64,000 nt of DNA from a virus. A program made the position numbers and the translations under genes. Of the stretch, positions 8,492 to 17,720 are shown in pieces. The DNA is taken from IMG/VR virus record IMGVR_UViG_3300021197_001442, positions 1-64,000 of that record; one strand, written 5' to 3'. Position 1 is the stretch's first letter. The number at the start of each line of letters is the position of its first letter. Below the pieces are notes generated by a model, which was given only the letters and a program-made list of their open reading frames with translations, searched no databases and was not told the DNA's origin.

Positions 8492-11434
8492 TTAATCATC
8501 AAAAGAGGCACCAGTTCTCGTGATAACAAAGTCAATTGCGATAAACTCAATTGATCTAGCAGGCTTTAGGAAGATCTTGGCATATAGAATATTTCTATCA
8601 ACAAGATCAGGAGTAGTTGTTGTCTCATCTAGGATGACACGGAACTCCTGTAGCCCTAACCTAGCCTGGACAGAACCAAGGAACTTGTCTGCTTCAGTCT
8701 TGAAGCGAAGCCAAGTGGTCTGAACGTTCTGGTCGAATAGGATGCCAGCAGCGATTCTAGAAATTCTCTTCTTCAGGAAGATCATCAGGCGACGAACGTT
8801 GATTCGGTCAAGGGCTGAAGGAGTGACCTGTAGCGTCTTCTGGCCAAAGATAACGATGCCCTCGCTCGGGAACGTAGCAATTGGATTAATGTTAGCTTCG
8901 TACAGGTCATCTCTATCTTCTCTGCGAAGTCTTTCGGTAGTTGAAAGAACTCCGAAACCACCAGCACCTGTGCTTAGACCACCTCTAGTAAAGCCTGCTG
9001 GTGCAAACCACAACTCTGATCTGGCCTCTGAAGAAGCCATGGTACCAATCGCGATAACAGAAGGCGGAGCCCAGAGAGAAGCGTTAGAGATATCGTCTCT
9101 AATCCTAACCCAAGGGTAGAAGGTGCAACCATAGCTGGTGTTAATCCTTCTGTCCTCTAACGAGGAGACGGCAGATGCCACAGTGCCCAATCTGCTCTGA
9201 TAAGACTCAGTGCTTTCTGTCTTTGGCGTGTAAACATTTTCGATATCGATAACTGCCAAGCAGTCTGCTCTTCCTTCAGCAACGTTAAGAACCTGGTCCG
9301 TAACAATAGGTTGTGTTACGCCGGGAACCGCGAGTATATTAGCTTCGATGAATTCAGGATCCGAGACAGTATCAATAGCTCTCTTCACTGAATAGTAAGC
9401 ATAACTGCTATCTTCTGTGGGCGTTGCACCAATCGCAACATTATTGATTGGCTCCTGCTCGCCGATATCAAAGCCATCGTGGCCACCCCACAATGGCATC
9501 GTAAATCTATTAAACCCACTGTCCAGAACAGTAGTTGATGAACTAGCTTGCGCGTTTAGAGATTGAGCGCTACCTGCACTCTCAGCCGAGCTACCAGAGA
9601 CATACACACCAGCAGAGCCACTGATATCATCAAGAGTAAATATAAATGAATTATCAAAAGCTGCTCCTGACAAGAAAGTGTCGCTAGAACCAGGTGCGGG
9701 TCTAACATAGTCTGCATACCCAGGATCAAATCTAGTGCTTGTCGAAGTAATCGTAGGCTGAATTCCGAAGTAAGCCTTGGTAGGATCTGACAACCCTCCA
9801 TCTAGAGCGTTAGTTCTGAGTGATATGGTCGGGAAAACAAACGAAGCTGTTAATGTTGTAGTGCCAGTAGGAGTGGCCAAGAAAGAATTGGCAGCAGCTG
9901 TGTCAAGACCGTCAGGCCTCCTAGCGGCTGGAATAAGAGCAACTCCTCCAGATGCAAATGTCAACACTTCAGTACCGTTAGCTGGGTTAGCCGCGCCTTG
10001 GTTTGGCGCTGACCCGCTCTCAAACACGGCAGTGCTGCCAGAAACTACGGTAAAGCTATTTGGCCTTGGGGGACCATAGAAGCCATAGGGAAGCAGACTT
10101 GGGCTTGCGCCACCATCTGCCACTAAAGATTCCATAATCACATAAATGTACTTTGACTGATTGTTGAATTCGCCGTACTCTCTAAGTCGTCTTTGAGATG
10201 TATCATACTCCACATACTTATCACCAATCTTCTTGGCAATGTAATTCTCTGATGCGGGGTTTAAATTACATCCCGTAAACTGCTCTACAATTCGTGGAGC
10301 GTTGTCAGAGTCGCTTGCAAGCCTGACTTGGACTGTGAACGTGCCATAAGCATCTATATCATTCTTAGCCGCTCTGATATCAGTTATAGAAATTTTTAAG
10401 TTCTTAGAAGCCCACTCAGCATGATTCAGTGATCTAAACTTAAATAGGTTTTGTGTGTCTGCCTTAGCATCAAACCCAATATAGTTAGTAGCTGTGTTTT
10501 GTGAGAAAACTAGCCCTGTTTGTCCATCACTGAACCCTCTTCGCTTATAGGAATAGTTGTCCGCAGCGTTTGTGCTCTTAGCCAACGGAACGATAACACC
10601 AAAAGCATTACCACTAATGCCGGGGTCTGTGACGGCGAACCTCTCAAAGGTTTCACCTAAGAAGTATTTTGTAGATGCAGCAGGCGTTACCTCGGAAGCC
10701 TTTGTGTGTGTTGTGTCACGACCATTAAGAAGCTGCGGGTTTGTATTGAATACTTTTCTAATGTACTTAGAGGAGTTGCGGTCAAAGTTGAATGACGTGG
10801 TATAACTCTCTCCACCACTACCCGTGATAAGCATTTTGAATTCCGGCCCAGTGGCAACTGACCCTATGAGAGCTAGCTGGCCCTGGTCGGCAGTCGCAGC
10901 ATCAGTAATACTTGCCCCGCTAAGCTCAAAGTAAGCGCCGTTCCCATAAAAAACAGCAGCCAGTCGGCCATCCCCAATGTCGCTGTCTTCAGGTGAAGAG
11001 CCAGAGGCAAAAACAAATAGTCCGAATGCCCCATCATTAGTTGTGTGAACTGCTGTTGGCGTTGCATCACCAGCCATCCATCCTGCTTCCTCCCCTGCGG
11101 TAGCAGTAGGGCTCTGGGAGCCCAGAAGCCTAACATAGTTGACAGGGCCAACACCAGCACGCAGGTATGCCATAGCAGCGTAAGCGCCGTATGTTGGTCC
11201 AACTTGGTTTCCATCACGCCAGACATCATCACCACGTCCACCTGGAACCGGATTGCCATAAAATTCAATAAACTCGGAAGGAGAATTAACTCTGATGGGA
11301 CGCATGGCAGGACCATGCTGTGCGCGTCCAATTATAATCGGTCCAACGTCAGGCAGGTCATTCGGCAACTGCGAGTTGTCAACTTCATTAATAAAAATGC
11401 CAGGGGACACAAATCTAAACTTTCTTTCAGCCAT
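8492..11434 (-). CDS. Contractile tail sheath protein (gp18-like)
   Basis: FVSPGIFINEVD N-terminus; WFAPAGFTRG, INPIATFP, GQKTLQ, RINVRRL, KPARSIEFI motifs. Confidence 0.95.
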   Translation of the reverse strand: MAERKFRFVSPGIFINEVDNSQLPNDLPDVGPIIIGRAQHGPAMRPIRVNSPSEFIEFYGNPVPGGRGDDVWRDGNQVGPTYGAYAAMAYLRAGVGPVNYVRLLGSQSPTATAGEEAGWMAGDATPTAVHTTNDGAFGLFVFASGSSPEDSDIGDGRLAAVFYGNGAYFELSGASITDAATADQGQLALIGSVATGPEFKMLITGSGGESYTTSFNFDRNSSKYIRKVFNTNPQLLNGRDTTHTKASEVTPAASTKYFLGETFERFAVTDPGISGNAFGVIVPLAKSTNAADNYSYKRRGFSDGQTGLVFSQNTATNYIGFDAKADTQNLFKFRSLNHAEWASKNLKISITDIRAAKNDIDAYGTFTVQVRLASDSDNAPRIVEQFTGCNLNPASENYIAKKIGDKYVEYDTSQRRLREYGEFNNQSKYIYVIMESLVADGGASPSLLPYGFYGPPRPNSFTVVSGSTAVFESGSAPNQGAANPANGTEVLTFASGGVALIPAARRPDGLDTAAANSFLATPTGTTTLTASFVFPTISLRTNALDGGLSDPTKAYFGIQPTITSTSTRFDPGYADYVRPAPGSSDTFLSGAAFDNSFIFTLDDISGSAGVYVSGSSAESAGSAQSLNAQASSSTTVLDSGFNRFTMPLWGGHDGFDIGEQEPINNVAIGATPTEDSSYAYYSVKRAIDTVSDPEFIEANILAVPGVTQPIVTDQVLNVAEGRADCLAVIDIENVYTPKTESTESYQSRLGTVASAVSSLEDRRINTSYGCTFYPWVRIRDDISNASLWAPPSVIAIGTMASSEARSELWFAPAGFTRGGLSTGAGGFGVLSTTERLRREDRDDLYEANINPIATFPSEGIVIFGQKTLQVTPSALDRINVRRLMIFLKKRISRIAAGILFDQNVQTTWLRFKTEADKFLGSVQARLGLQEFRVILDETTTTPDLVDRNILYAKIFLKPARSIEFIAIDFVITRTGASFDD

Positions 11435-11469
11435 AGGGTTAATTCTCCTAAATAGATGTCTTCACGTAA

Positions 11470-11477
11470 TAAATAGT
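11470..11477 (-). promoter_or_regulatory. ACTAHTTA candidate late promoter (sheath)
   Basis: ACTATTTA about 36 nt upstream of the ATG. Confidence 0.65.
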
Positions 11478-11501
11478 ATTTTAAAAGCGCAAAGCACTAA
11501 T

Positions 11502-12413
11502 TTACTCTTTATAAAAGAGGTCAGCAACCCTGGTGGAGTCAAACTCTGGAATGTCACCAAATATCACCTGCTCTCTTGGTATTTTAACCTCAACTGCGTT
11601 CTCTCTTAGAGTTAGCTTTGGCCTCTCTCTATTGGGGCCTTCGCCTATCAGGTAACCAAGCACTTTTATCTTTATAGGTGTCTCATACATCCTTTCTTCT
11701 TCGTTTAGCTGTGCCACATTACTATTCTGTCCGAAGTCCCCTTGAATGAAACCCTCAAACATGTGCCCTTCCATCCTCATAACAAAGTTATTGATTTGCC
11801 CTGTCTTAGTTATGAAAGGAGTTATAATATCATTTATCTGCTGTTGATACTCTGTCCTAACAACTACATCATAATCAACAACAACATAAGTTGGGATTGG
11901 CATACTAACAGTTTCATAAACAACCTTGCTCGCAGCAGAGTTTGGAAAGTTTTGTTGTCCCTCACCAACGCCTGGATCTGTTATAGAACCACGCTTTTTG
12001 GCTGAATCAGCATTAGCAAAGTTAGATGTTTTATCTTGCTTGATGACCCTGGCGACTGTAATCGCTCCGCCCTTCTCATCGTTGACTTCTGGTATATGAG
12101 CCCATGCAACACCCTTCATACTAGGGTCTTTCTTCATTGATTTACGCTCAATTGTGATTAAGGGAAGCTTTAGTATACCTTTGCTGTCCCTAAGACCCTT
12201 ATCTCGCTTGATTTGGAACGCCCGCTCAGCCGAAACCCACAAAACAGGTACCTTTTCCCATCCCTTGTTGGTTGTAGCAAAGATATCAAGCTTATTATCG
12301 ATAAAATCAATAAAAGCACGGTCTATTGTCTCTACAGTTGAAGGCATGAAAGAAACTTCCTTCAGATAACGATCTGCACCCTCTATCCCTGTATAATTCC
12401 TATTAGGTGCCAT
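11502..12413 (-). CDS. Tail terminator / sheath stabilizer (gp15-like)
   Basis: KVPVLWVSAERAF...LKLPLITIER...PTYVVVDYDVVVRT; between neck and sheath genes. Confidence 0.65.
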   Translation of the reverse strand: MAPNRNYTGIEGADRYLKEVSFMPSTVETIDRAFIDFIDNKLDIFATTNKGWEKVPVLWVSAERAFQIKRDKGLRDSKGILKLPLITIERKSMKKDPSMKGVAWAHIPEVNDEKGGAITVARVIKQDKTSNFANADSAKKRGSITDPGVGEGQQNFPNSAASKVVYETVSMPIPTYVVVDYDVVVRTEYQQQINDIITPFITKTGQINNFVMRMEGHMFEGFIQGDFGQNSNVAQLNEEERMYETPIKIKVLGYLIGEGPNRERPKLTLRENAVEVKIPREQVIFGDIPEFDSTRVADLFYKE

Positions 12414-12891
12414 CGAATAAGCCCTCCCGTGCTCTTATACACTTAGCAGATATCTCTAATTTATGGTCTATCTGTCCATAAATAAGCTTTGGCTCGGATA
12501 AAGTGACTATTTCATAGAAAGAGTCACCATATAAGACAAAATCTCCCTCTCTAACAAACAAATTTTGGTCTTCTGTGAGTCTTCTCTTGTGAAAATGCAC
12601 TGTTAGGCCTTGTGTTTTGTCTAGGCCAACGTTTTTTGTATACTCTGTCTTTAAGCCATCGTATTCAACGAGTGCTTTAACGGCTACGGGAGGCAAGAAA
12701 GTCTTTTGTATTGCCTCTCCGTACAAATCGTGGAAGTATGTCCTCTCTAGATCAATAGGATAGTAAGCAATAGTCTGCCCAACGACTCTTTCAATGATTT
12801 CATCGTTGACTTGCTTAACAAGATCTCTTTCTTTCGCCCCCGTAAACAGCGGAGGAGGAGGAGCTTCAGGTTGTGTCCATTTATTCGCCAT
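12403..12891 (-). CDS. Neck / head-closure protein (gp14-like)
   Basis: VGQTIAYYPID...DLYGEA...VREGDFVLYG motifs; synteny. Confidence 0.75.
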   Translation of the reverse strand: MANKWTQPEAPPPPLFTGAKERDLVKQVNDEIIERVVGQTIAYYPIDLERTYFHDLYGEAIQKTFLPPVAVKALVEYDGLKTEYTKNVGLDKTQGLTVHFHKRRLTEDQNLFVREGDFVLYGDSFYEIVTLSEPKLIYGQIDHKLEISAKCIRAREGLFDGT

Positions 12892-12896
12892 TTATA

Positions 12897-14216
12897 TCAC
12901 CCCACAAAGATAGGAGATGGAGCCTCCTCTAAAATCTTGCCTGTTGCTTCAAGCAATTCTGCATCGCCCTTCATCAATTGCAGATAAGTTGTTTCATCAA
13001 GAATCTTTTTAAGCTCATCAACGAGGGCAGTTTTCTCTGTAGCTGCTTGCGAAAGCAGGTCAGACGAATTAAGAGTTATATTATCACCTGGGATCGGTAT
13101 AGAACCACCAAATTTACCTCTAATTTGACCTAACATTCCCTTGCTGAGGGCTAGGGCGTATCTACGAATCCAGTGTTTACCAATGGCGTTAATATTCTTG
13201 TAGGCAATGTTATCAAATGGAAGTGAGTTAATATTATTAATCCCTCCAACCCCGGTATCTCGGATACCATCAGCATCGTCTTCCCATGCGTCTCTCTCAA
13301 TTGTAAACTTAACAAAGAATCTATCCGTTATTCTTCCATCAGGAGGTGGGTACAGAGTTAAATTATTGTTAATTAACTCATAAGAGTAGTGAGAGGTCCT
13401 TGTGTAGATGTGGTCTTCATAGGCCATTGCTTGCATCTTATTCTGCCACGCAGGAATAATTTCAAAAGTTGAATCATCTGCAAACTGGCCATAGGTCATC
13501 ATGTTACCAATAACATTAATGCCACCATAGTAACCAAAGAACCTCCACATGGCAGCTGGAGTCTTATAATAAACTCTTGTAATCCTAACTTTGTTATTGC
13601 CGACAAGACCACTAAAAGGAACGGGGTCTCCGTTTCCGTTGTCTTCATTGTCTATTGAAGCGCTATAAATAATATCCTGCAAATCATAAGTAGACCGTGC
13701 TGTAGAAGCTGAAAACGAAGCAGAGTATTCTGTAAGGTGCCCACCAAAGCCTGCCTCTTCGGCCATTCCCTCTGCGACTCTACGAGCATATGTAAACTGA
13801 AATCTTGGATATTTAAGGTTTGCGTTAGACCCAGAAGCATCACCACCCGTCATTTGACCTTCATGGTCAAATGAAGCTGTCGAGTTGCCCAGTACATCGG
13901 AGAGCATGTTCTTTGACTGATGTAAATTCATCTGATATGAATATTCTAAGACTGACTCTTCATATGCAGAATACACATTTGCAGGCGTAAGCTCAATATC
14001 TAAAACATCACCACCAAGCTTCTTGAAGACGTAGGATACTTGATCAGCAGCACCAGATAGAAAGTTAACATCATATAGGTCCCCGCCAGTTGTATACAAG
14101 CCTATTGGGTAATGGCTAGCATTACCCGCCCCGTTCCCTGTGGCAGCCGTACTGCCGGTGGACGTAAGAATAACTTTGCTAGAGGTACTGCTTGGAGTTA
14201 GACTTGGAAGGGCCAT
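12897..14216 (-). CDS. Neck protein / head-tail adaptor (gp13-like)
   Basis: KKLGGDVLDIELT...WIRRYALALSKGMLGQIRGKF...IPGDNITLN motifs. Confidence 0.8.
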   Translation of the reverse strand: MALPSLTPSSTSSKVILTSTGSTAATGNGAGNASHYPIGLYTTGGDLYDVNFLSGAADQVSYVFKKLGGDVLDIELTPANVYSAYEESVLEYSYQMNLHQSKNMLSDVLGNSTASFDHEGQMTGGDASGSNANLKYPRFQFTYARRVAEGMAEEAGFGGHLTEYSASFSASTARSTYDLQDIIYSASIDNEDNGNGDPVPFSGLVGNNKVRITRVYYKTPAAMWRFFGYYGGINVIGNMMTYGQFADDSTFEIIPAWQNKMQAMAYEDHIYTRTSHYSYELINNNLTLYPPPDGRITDRFFVKFTIERDAWEDDADGIRDTGVGGINNINSLPFDNIAYKNINAIGKHWIRRYALALSKGMLGQIRGKFGGSIPIPGDNITLNSSDLLSQAATEKTALVDELKKILDETTYLQLMKGDAELLEATGKILEEAPSPIFVG

Positions 14217-14239
14217 GCGTATATTCTCCTAATACATAG

Positions 14240-14247
14240 TAATTAGT
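14240..14247 (-). promoter_or_regulatory. ACTAHTTA candidate late promoter (neck operon)
   Basis: ACTAATTA immediately downstream of a terminator, about 24 nt upstream of the ATG. Confidence 0.6.
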
Positions 14248-14253
14248 TGAGAT

Positions 14254-14283
14254 AAAACAAAACCCCCACGATACATGGGGGCT
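14254..14283 (-). terminator. Rho-independent terminator
   Basis: CCCCCA-TGTATCG-TGGGGG hairpin followed by TTTTGTTTT on the minus strand. Confidence 0.8.
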
Positions 14284-14301
14284 TGCTCTATAAAGAGAAT
14301 A

Positions 14302-14601
14302 TTATTCTTTGTCTTCGACCTTCTTCTTCCTGGTATACTTTCTCTTAGGAGCAGGGCTCTTTACCGCAGACTCCTCCACAACAGGTGTTTTTTTTACCGC
14401 TGGCTTTGCCTTTGGCTTAGGTGCTGGCTTAGCGACTGGCTTAGCGACTGGCTTAGGAGCAGGGGGTGCGGGTGGTGTGGGTGGTGTGGGTTCGCCCCAA
14501 CCTAGCTTTCCTCTAATCTCTTTGGCTTCAGCGCTAAACTCATCAAGCGTAGCTAGTTTCTCTTCAAGTGCTTTGCGTTTTGCGCGTGCTATAAACTTCA
14601 T
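14302..14601 (-). CDS. Small basic Pro/Ala/Lys-rich protein
   Basis: KPVAKPVAKPAPKPKAKPAVKK...KRKYTRKKK; AAGGA SD and own ACTATTTA motif at 14636-14643. Confidence 0.7.
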   Translation of the reverse strand: MKFIARAKRKALEEKLATLDEFSAEAKEIRGKLGWGEPTPPTPPAPPAPKPVAKPVAKPAPKPKAKPAVKKTPVVEESAVKSPAPKRKYTRKKKVEDKE

Positions 14602-14644
14602 TTTTTTATAATCCTTTAACCATAGTGGTTTGTAATAAATAGTT

Positions 14645-14875
14645 TTATTCTTCGGAAGAGTCCCCAGAGATTTCTGTAACTGCTGCGATCATCTCGCGGA
14701 AGTTCTCTAGTATGTTCTTTTGTCCCTGTAAAAGTTGGGCGACTTGTTCTTCCAAAGCTGCCACTCTGTTTTTTAAGGCTGGCTGGTTTTTTTCTTCCTC
14801 ATGTTCTTTCTCTAATTTTCTTGATATTTCGTGTATCTCTTCTATTCCGCTTACACTTTTAGGCATACTTCTCAT
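14645..14875 (-). CDS. Hypothetical coiled-coil protein, 76 aa
   Basis: AGGAG SD; preceded by a sigma70 promoter; LKNRVAALEEQVAQLL heptads. Confidence 0.75.
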   Translation of the reverse strand: MRSMPKSVSGIEEIHEISRKLEKEHEEEKNQPALKNRVAALEEQVAQLLQGQKNILENFREMIAAVTEISGDSSEE

Positions 14876-14917
14876 TTATTTCTCCTAAGTTAATATTCCA
14901 TATTTGGTGGTTATTAT

Positions 14918-14946
14918 AATATAACGACTTTTATTAATAATGTCAA
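14918..14946 (-). promoter_or_regulatory. Sigma70-type promoter
   Basis: TTGACA (14946-14941), 17-nt spacer, TATATT (14923-14918). Confidence 0.8.
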
Positions 14947-14957
14947 GTCTTAAATAT

Positions 14958-14989
14958 AAGAAATCCCCCAACCCTTCTGGGTTGGGGGA
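14958..14989 (-). terminator. Rho-independent terminator
   Basis: TCCCCCAACCC-AGAA-GGGTTGGGGGA 11-bp stem followed by TTTCTT. Confidence 0.85.
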
Positions 14990-15020
14990 CTAAAGATAGA
15001 TAAGCGCTAGGCTTTATTTA

Positions 15021-15626
15021 TCAGGAAGTACCAGTAGTAGTTGAAGCTCCTGCGTCAGGCGCGGCTGTACCAGTGGTAGCCATACCGTATGCCATACAGT
15101 GAACCAAGTTGGCTTCAAGGTAAGTGAACTCGTATATCGAGCCGATTGCACCACCTGCTGCCGTGACATCATCAGCATCAATCTCAAGAGACTGTGCGTT
15201 TGCTGTGATTGTAAAACCTTCAACATCATTGCCATCAAGAGTGCTTAGGTACAGCTGCCCGACCAACACACAAGTGCCTGAATCTGCAAATCCAAGCTTA
15301 AATGCTGTCGTTGACCAGTTAGTTGTGCCAACGATGATTTTAATTTTCATTCCGACATTTAATGCGGTAGCATCCGGCAATGTAATCGCGCCAGCTTGTG
15401 CTGTATTCGCGTACCAAACAAGATCTGATGCTGTTGCGGTTAAATCTTCAGCGCCTGTACCAGACTGCTCTACGACGTTACTGTTACGCAAGCCTCCGCT
15501 GAAAGTAGCGACTGCACTAGTTGTAATAGTACAATTCGTCAACGTCGTGTTCACAAGGTTAAGGTCTCTATCGACCGCCTCAAGTAGAGCTTCAAGACGC
15601 CCTAATCCCATTCTTCGATTTCCCAT
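15021..15626 (-). CDS. Putative capsid decoration / head-associated structural protein
   Basis: Directly after the MCP; AAGGAG SD; Thr/Ala/Gly-rich body with a short basic helical N-terminus. Confidence 0.5.
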   Translation of the reverse strand: MGNRRMGLGRLEALLEAVDRDLNLVNTTLTNCTITTSAVATFSGGLRNSNVVEQSGTGAEDLTATASDLVWYANTAQAGAITLPDATALNVGMKIKIIVGTTNWSTTAFKLGFADSGTCVLVGQLYLSTLDGNDVEGFTITANAQSLEIDADDVTAAGGAIGSIYEFTYLEANLVHCMAYGMATTGTAAPDAGASTTTGTS

Positions 15627-15655
15627 TTTAATTTCTCCTTTAAGTTAAGTTATCG

Positions 15656-15750
15656 ATAACCTGATTATAATCGCGAATATAGACCAGCCACTTCGATCTA
15701 TGTTCTTTAAGGGTCAGTGGCCCCGACCCCGAAGAAAACTTTCAAGTCAC
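15656..15750 (-). ncRNA. Candidate structured leader RNA with kissing loops
   Basis: Closing stem GUGACUUGA/UCAGGUUAU; hairpin GGGUC/GACCC with loop GGGGCCACU; hairpin GAACAUAGAUC/GGUCUAUAUUC with loop GAAGUGGCU; loops complementary (GCCACU/AGUGGC). Confidence 0.55.
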
Positions 15751-15753
15751 ATA

Positions 15754-15761
15754 TAAATAGT
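15754..15761 (-). promoter_or_regulatory. ACTAHTTA candidate late promoter giving a ~125-nt leader
   Basis: ACTATTTA just downstream of the MCP terminator. Confidence 0.65.
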
Positions 15762-15782
15762 TTCCAGTTTTAGCATAAGCAT

Positions 15783-15811
15783 AAAAAAACCCGCCCTCCG
15801 AAGAGAGCGGG
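15783..15811 (-). terminator. Rho-independent terminator after the major capsid gene
   Basis: CCCGCTCTC-TTCG-GAGGGCGGG (C-UUCG-G tetraloop) followed by T7. Confidence 0.9.
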
Positions 15812-15838
15812 CTTAGCCTTAGCAAGGCCGGTTAGCTA

Positions 15839-17701
15839 TCAGCTACCAGACTCACCGAGGAGGCCACGACACACGACAAGACCGTACATATCAGGACGAA
15901 CCATCTTCTTGGCGTACCGGGTCATGACACCCTTACGAGGCACAAAGTCCTCAGTACCGAAGATAGTCGGCGTGACCTGGAGCGGCACGTATGGAGCGTA
16001 AACATAGCCGCTCTCAAGGAACGAGCCACCCTTACGACCAACGAGGACCAGGTTACGCGGGAAGTACGGATCGACGTACACGTCGAACTTCTTGGAGACA
16101 GAGCCAACGTTCACAGCACCCACCGTGCCACGATCAGCATCAGCCGTCACGGAAGCGCGGAAGCCAGCGGTGAACTCAAGGATGTTGGCAACCTCAGGAG
16201 ACGTAACGAGGAAGTTTGCACCACCACGCAGGGTCTTTCTGTGGATCTGAGCCGACACATCGTTGATGGTCTCGATCAGAGTCTCGTACCACTCGGAAAC
16301 CGTACCAGTGAAGTCAGGAGCAGCCGAAGTTGCACCAATCTCAGCACCAGTGGTGCGGTTCACGAAGAGGCCTGGAGAGCGTGACCAGTAGAACGTGCCA
16401 GCGGTAGCACCCTTAATAAGGTCGTTCACGATCTCACGGTCGATCTCAAGAGCAATCTGCTCAGAGAGAATCGAGGTAAGCTCAACCTCAGCGTCAAGGT
16501 TGTGGTACGCGTTCAGGTCCTGACCAAGCTCAGGTGACCACTTGGCCTTGAGCTTCTTGGTCACAGCCGTCACAGCGATACTGTCCACCTTGATGTCGAT
16601 TTCAGGGATGGCATCCTTGTCGGTGTCATCACCCGTACCGTCGCGTGGGGTGTCGGTCGCAAGCTCCAGAGGCCATGAATGAGCGCCCTTCACACCACCA
16701 ACTGCATCAGCAGCGTCAAAGCTGTCAGCGACAGGGAACTCAAGATCGAGAGCAGACGTACCACTGTTATCGAAGCTGGAGTTACCAACAACGTAGAAAG
16801 TAATATGCTGATCCTTAGAACCGGCAACCAATTCGCCATTAGAATCACGATAACCAAACTCAGTGAGTCTACGAACGACGCGTGCAGCACCTGCGTTAGC
16901 ATCGAGAGCAGTACCATCAGCGTCCGTGAGGTTCAGTGCTGTTGTGTTCTCCTTGTTGATATCGAGCATCTGAGCAGCAGTAAGCTTGACAATGATAGCA
17001 GCGACGTGATCAGTTCCGGTTCTACCCAGAACATCGGGGTCGAATCGAAGCTGGCGCTTTTGTGCTTCTGTAAGTGCGGAAATATCAGTTGGATCCTGGG
17101 TTATAGGCCCACCGTATTCTGTACCGTCAGCATCAAAATACTTTTGGGTTCCCATGGATCCAATCGCAGTACTATCCTGAACGTCTAGAACCAACGAACC
17201 AGTCGGAGAAGTGTAGCCTGTCGATAGGTTGTAGAAGCCAGTGTCCAGGATGTCTGTCACACCATCGACAAGGCCCTTACCGACAACTCCACCACCGTAC
17301 ACAGATTCACCAGCGCGGAACGCACCGTGGTCCGACTCGGCAGAAGAAACGCCGTATCTATCATCAGTGAACGTGAAGTCCAGGAAGAAGATGAGGCCTG
17401 CGGGCAAGCTCATCGGCTGGACGGAAACGAGATCGTTGGCCAAAAGACCACCGAAAACACGACGGACAATCGGGAATGCAACGGCAGCGAAGCCCTCGAC
17501 ATCACCGGACGCCATCGTAGAAGCCTCACGCAGAAGCTCCTTAGCCTGGTTCTCAAGCAGGCGGCTCATCGACGCACGCTCACGATCGTTGGAAATACCC
17601 TCAAGAAGGCCTGTGGCCTCCCACTTAGACTGAAGCGCCGCGCCTTCCTTTGCAAGATCGCGGTCAACAATGCCTTCAGTCAATTTCTGTAAAATAGACA
17701 T
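15839..17701 (-). CDS. Major capsid protein (T4 gp23-like)
   Basis: LVSVQPMSLPAGLIFFLDF, KLKAKWSPELGQDLNAYH.LDAEVELTSILSEQIALEIDREI, GYVYAPYVPL, PRKGVMTRY; AGGAGG SD. Confidence 0.97.
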   Translation of the reverse strand: MSILQKLTEGIVDRDLAKEGAALQSKWEATGLLEGISNDRERASMSRLLENQAKELLREASTMASGDVEGFAAVAFPIVRRVFGGLLANDLVSVQPMSLPAGLIFFLDFTFTDDRYGVSSAESDHGAFRAGESVYGGGVVGKGLVDGVTDILDTGFYNLSTGYTSPTGSLVLDVQDSTAIGSMGTQKYFDADGTEYGGPITQDPTDISALTEAQKRQLRFDPDVLGRTGTDHVAAIIVKLTAAQMLDINKENTTALNLTDADGTALDANAGAARVVRRLTEFGYRDSNGELVAGSKDQHITFYVVGNSSFDNSGTSALDLEFPVADSFDAADAVGGVKGAHSWPLELATDTPRDGTGDDTDKDAIPEIDIKVDSIAVTAVTKKLKAKWSPELGQDLNAYHNLDAEVELTSILSEQIALEIDREIVNDLIKGATAGTFYWSRSPGLFVNRTTGAEIGATSAAPDFTGTVSEWYETLIETINDVSAQIHRKTLRGGANFLVTSPEVANILEFTAGFRASVTADADRGTVGAVNVGSVSKKFDVYVDPYFPRNLVLVGRKGGSFLESGYVYAPYVPLQVTPTIFGTEDFVPRKGVMTRYAKKMVRPDMYGLVVCRGLLGESGS

Positions 17702-17720
17702 TTGAAATCCTCCTATTAAA

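Noticed and set aside
1160-12413. Tail module as an extracellular contractile injection system or tailocin
   Set aside because: Capsid, portal, terminase, protease and primase genes in the same window indicate a full phage
15656-15750. Leader RNA as a hammerhead or HDV-like ribozyme
   Set aside because: No CUGAnGA/GAAA core and no nested double-pseudoknot topology recognised
15752-15759. Plus-strand TATAAATA as a T4 late promoter driving antisense RNA to the capsid gene
   Set aside because: The same core recurs just upstream of many minus-strand starts, with ACTACTTA and ACTAATTA variants that break the T4 consensus
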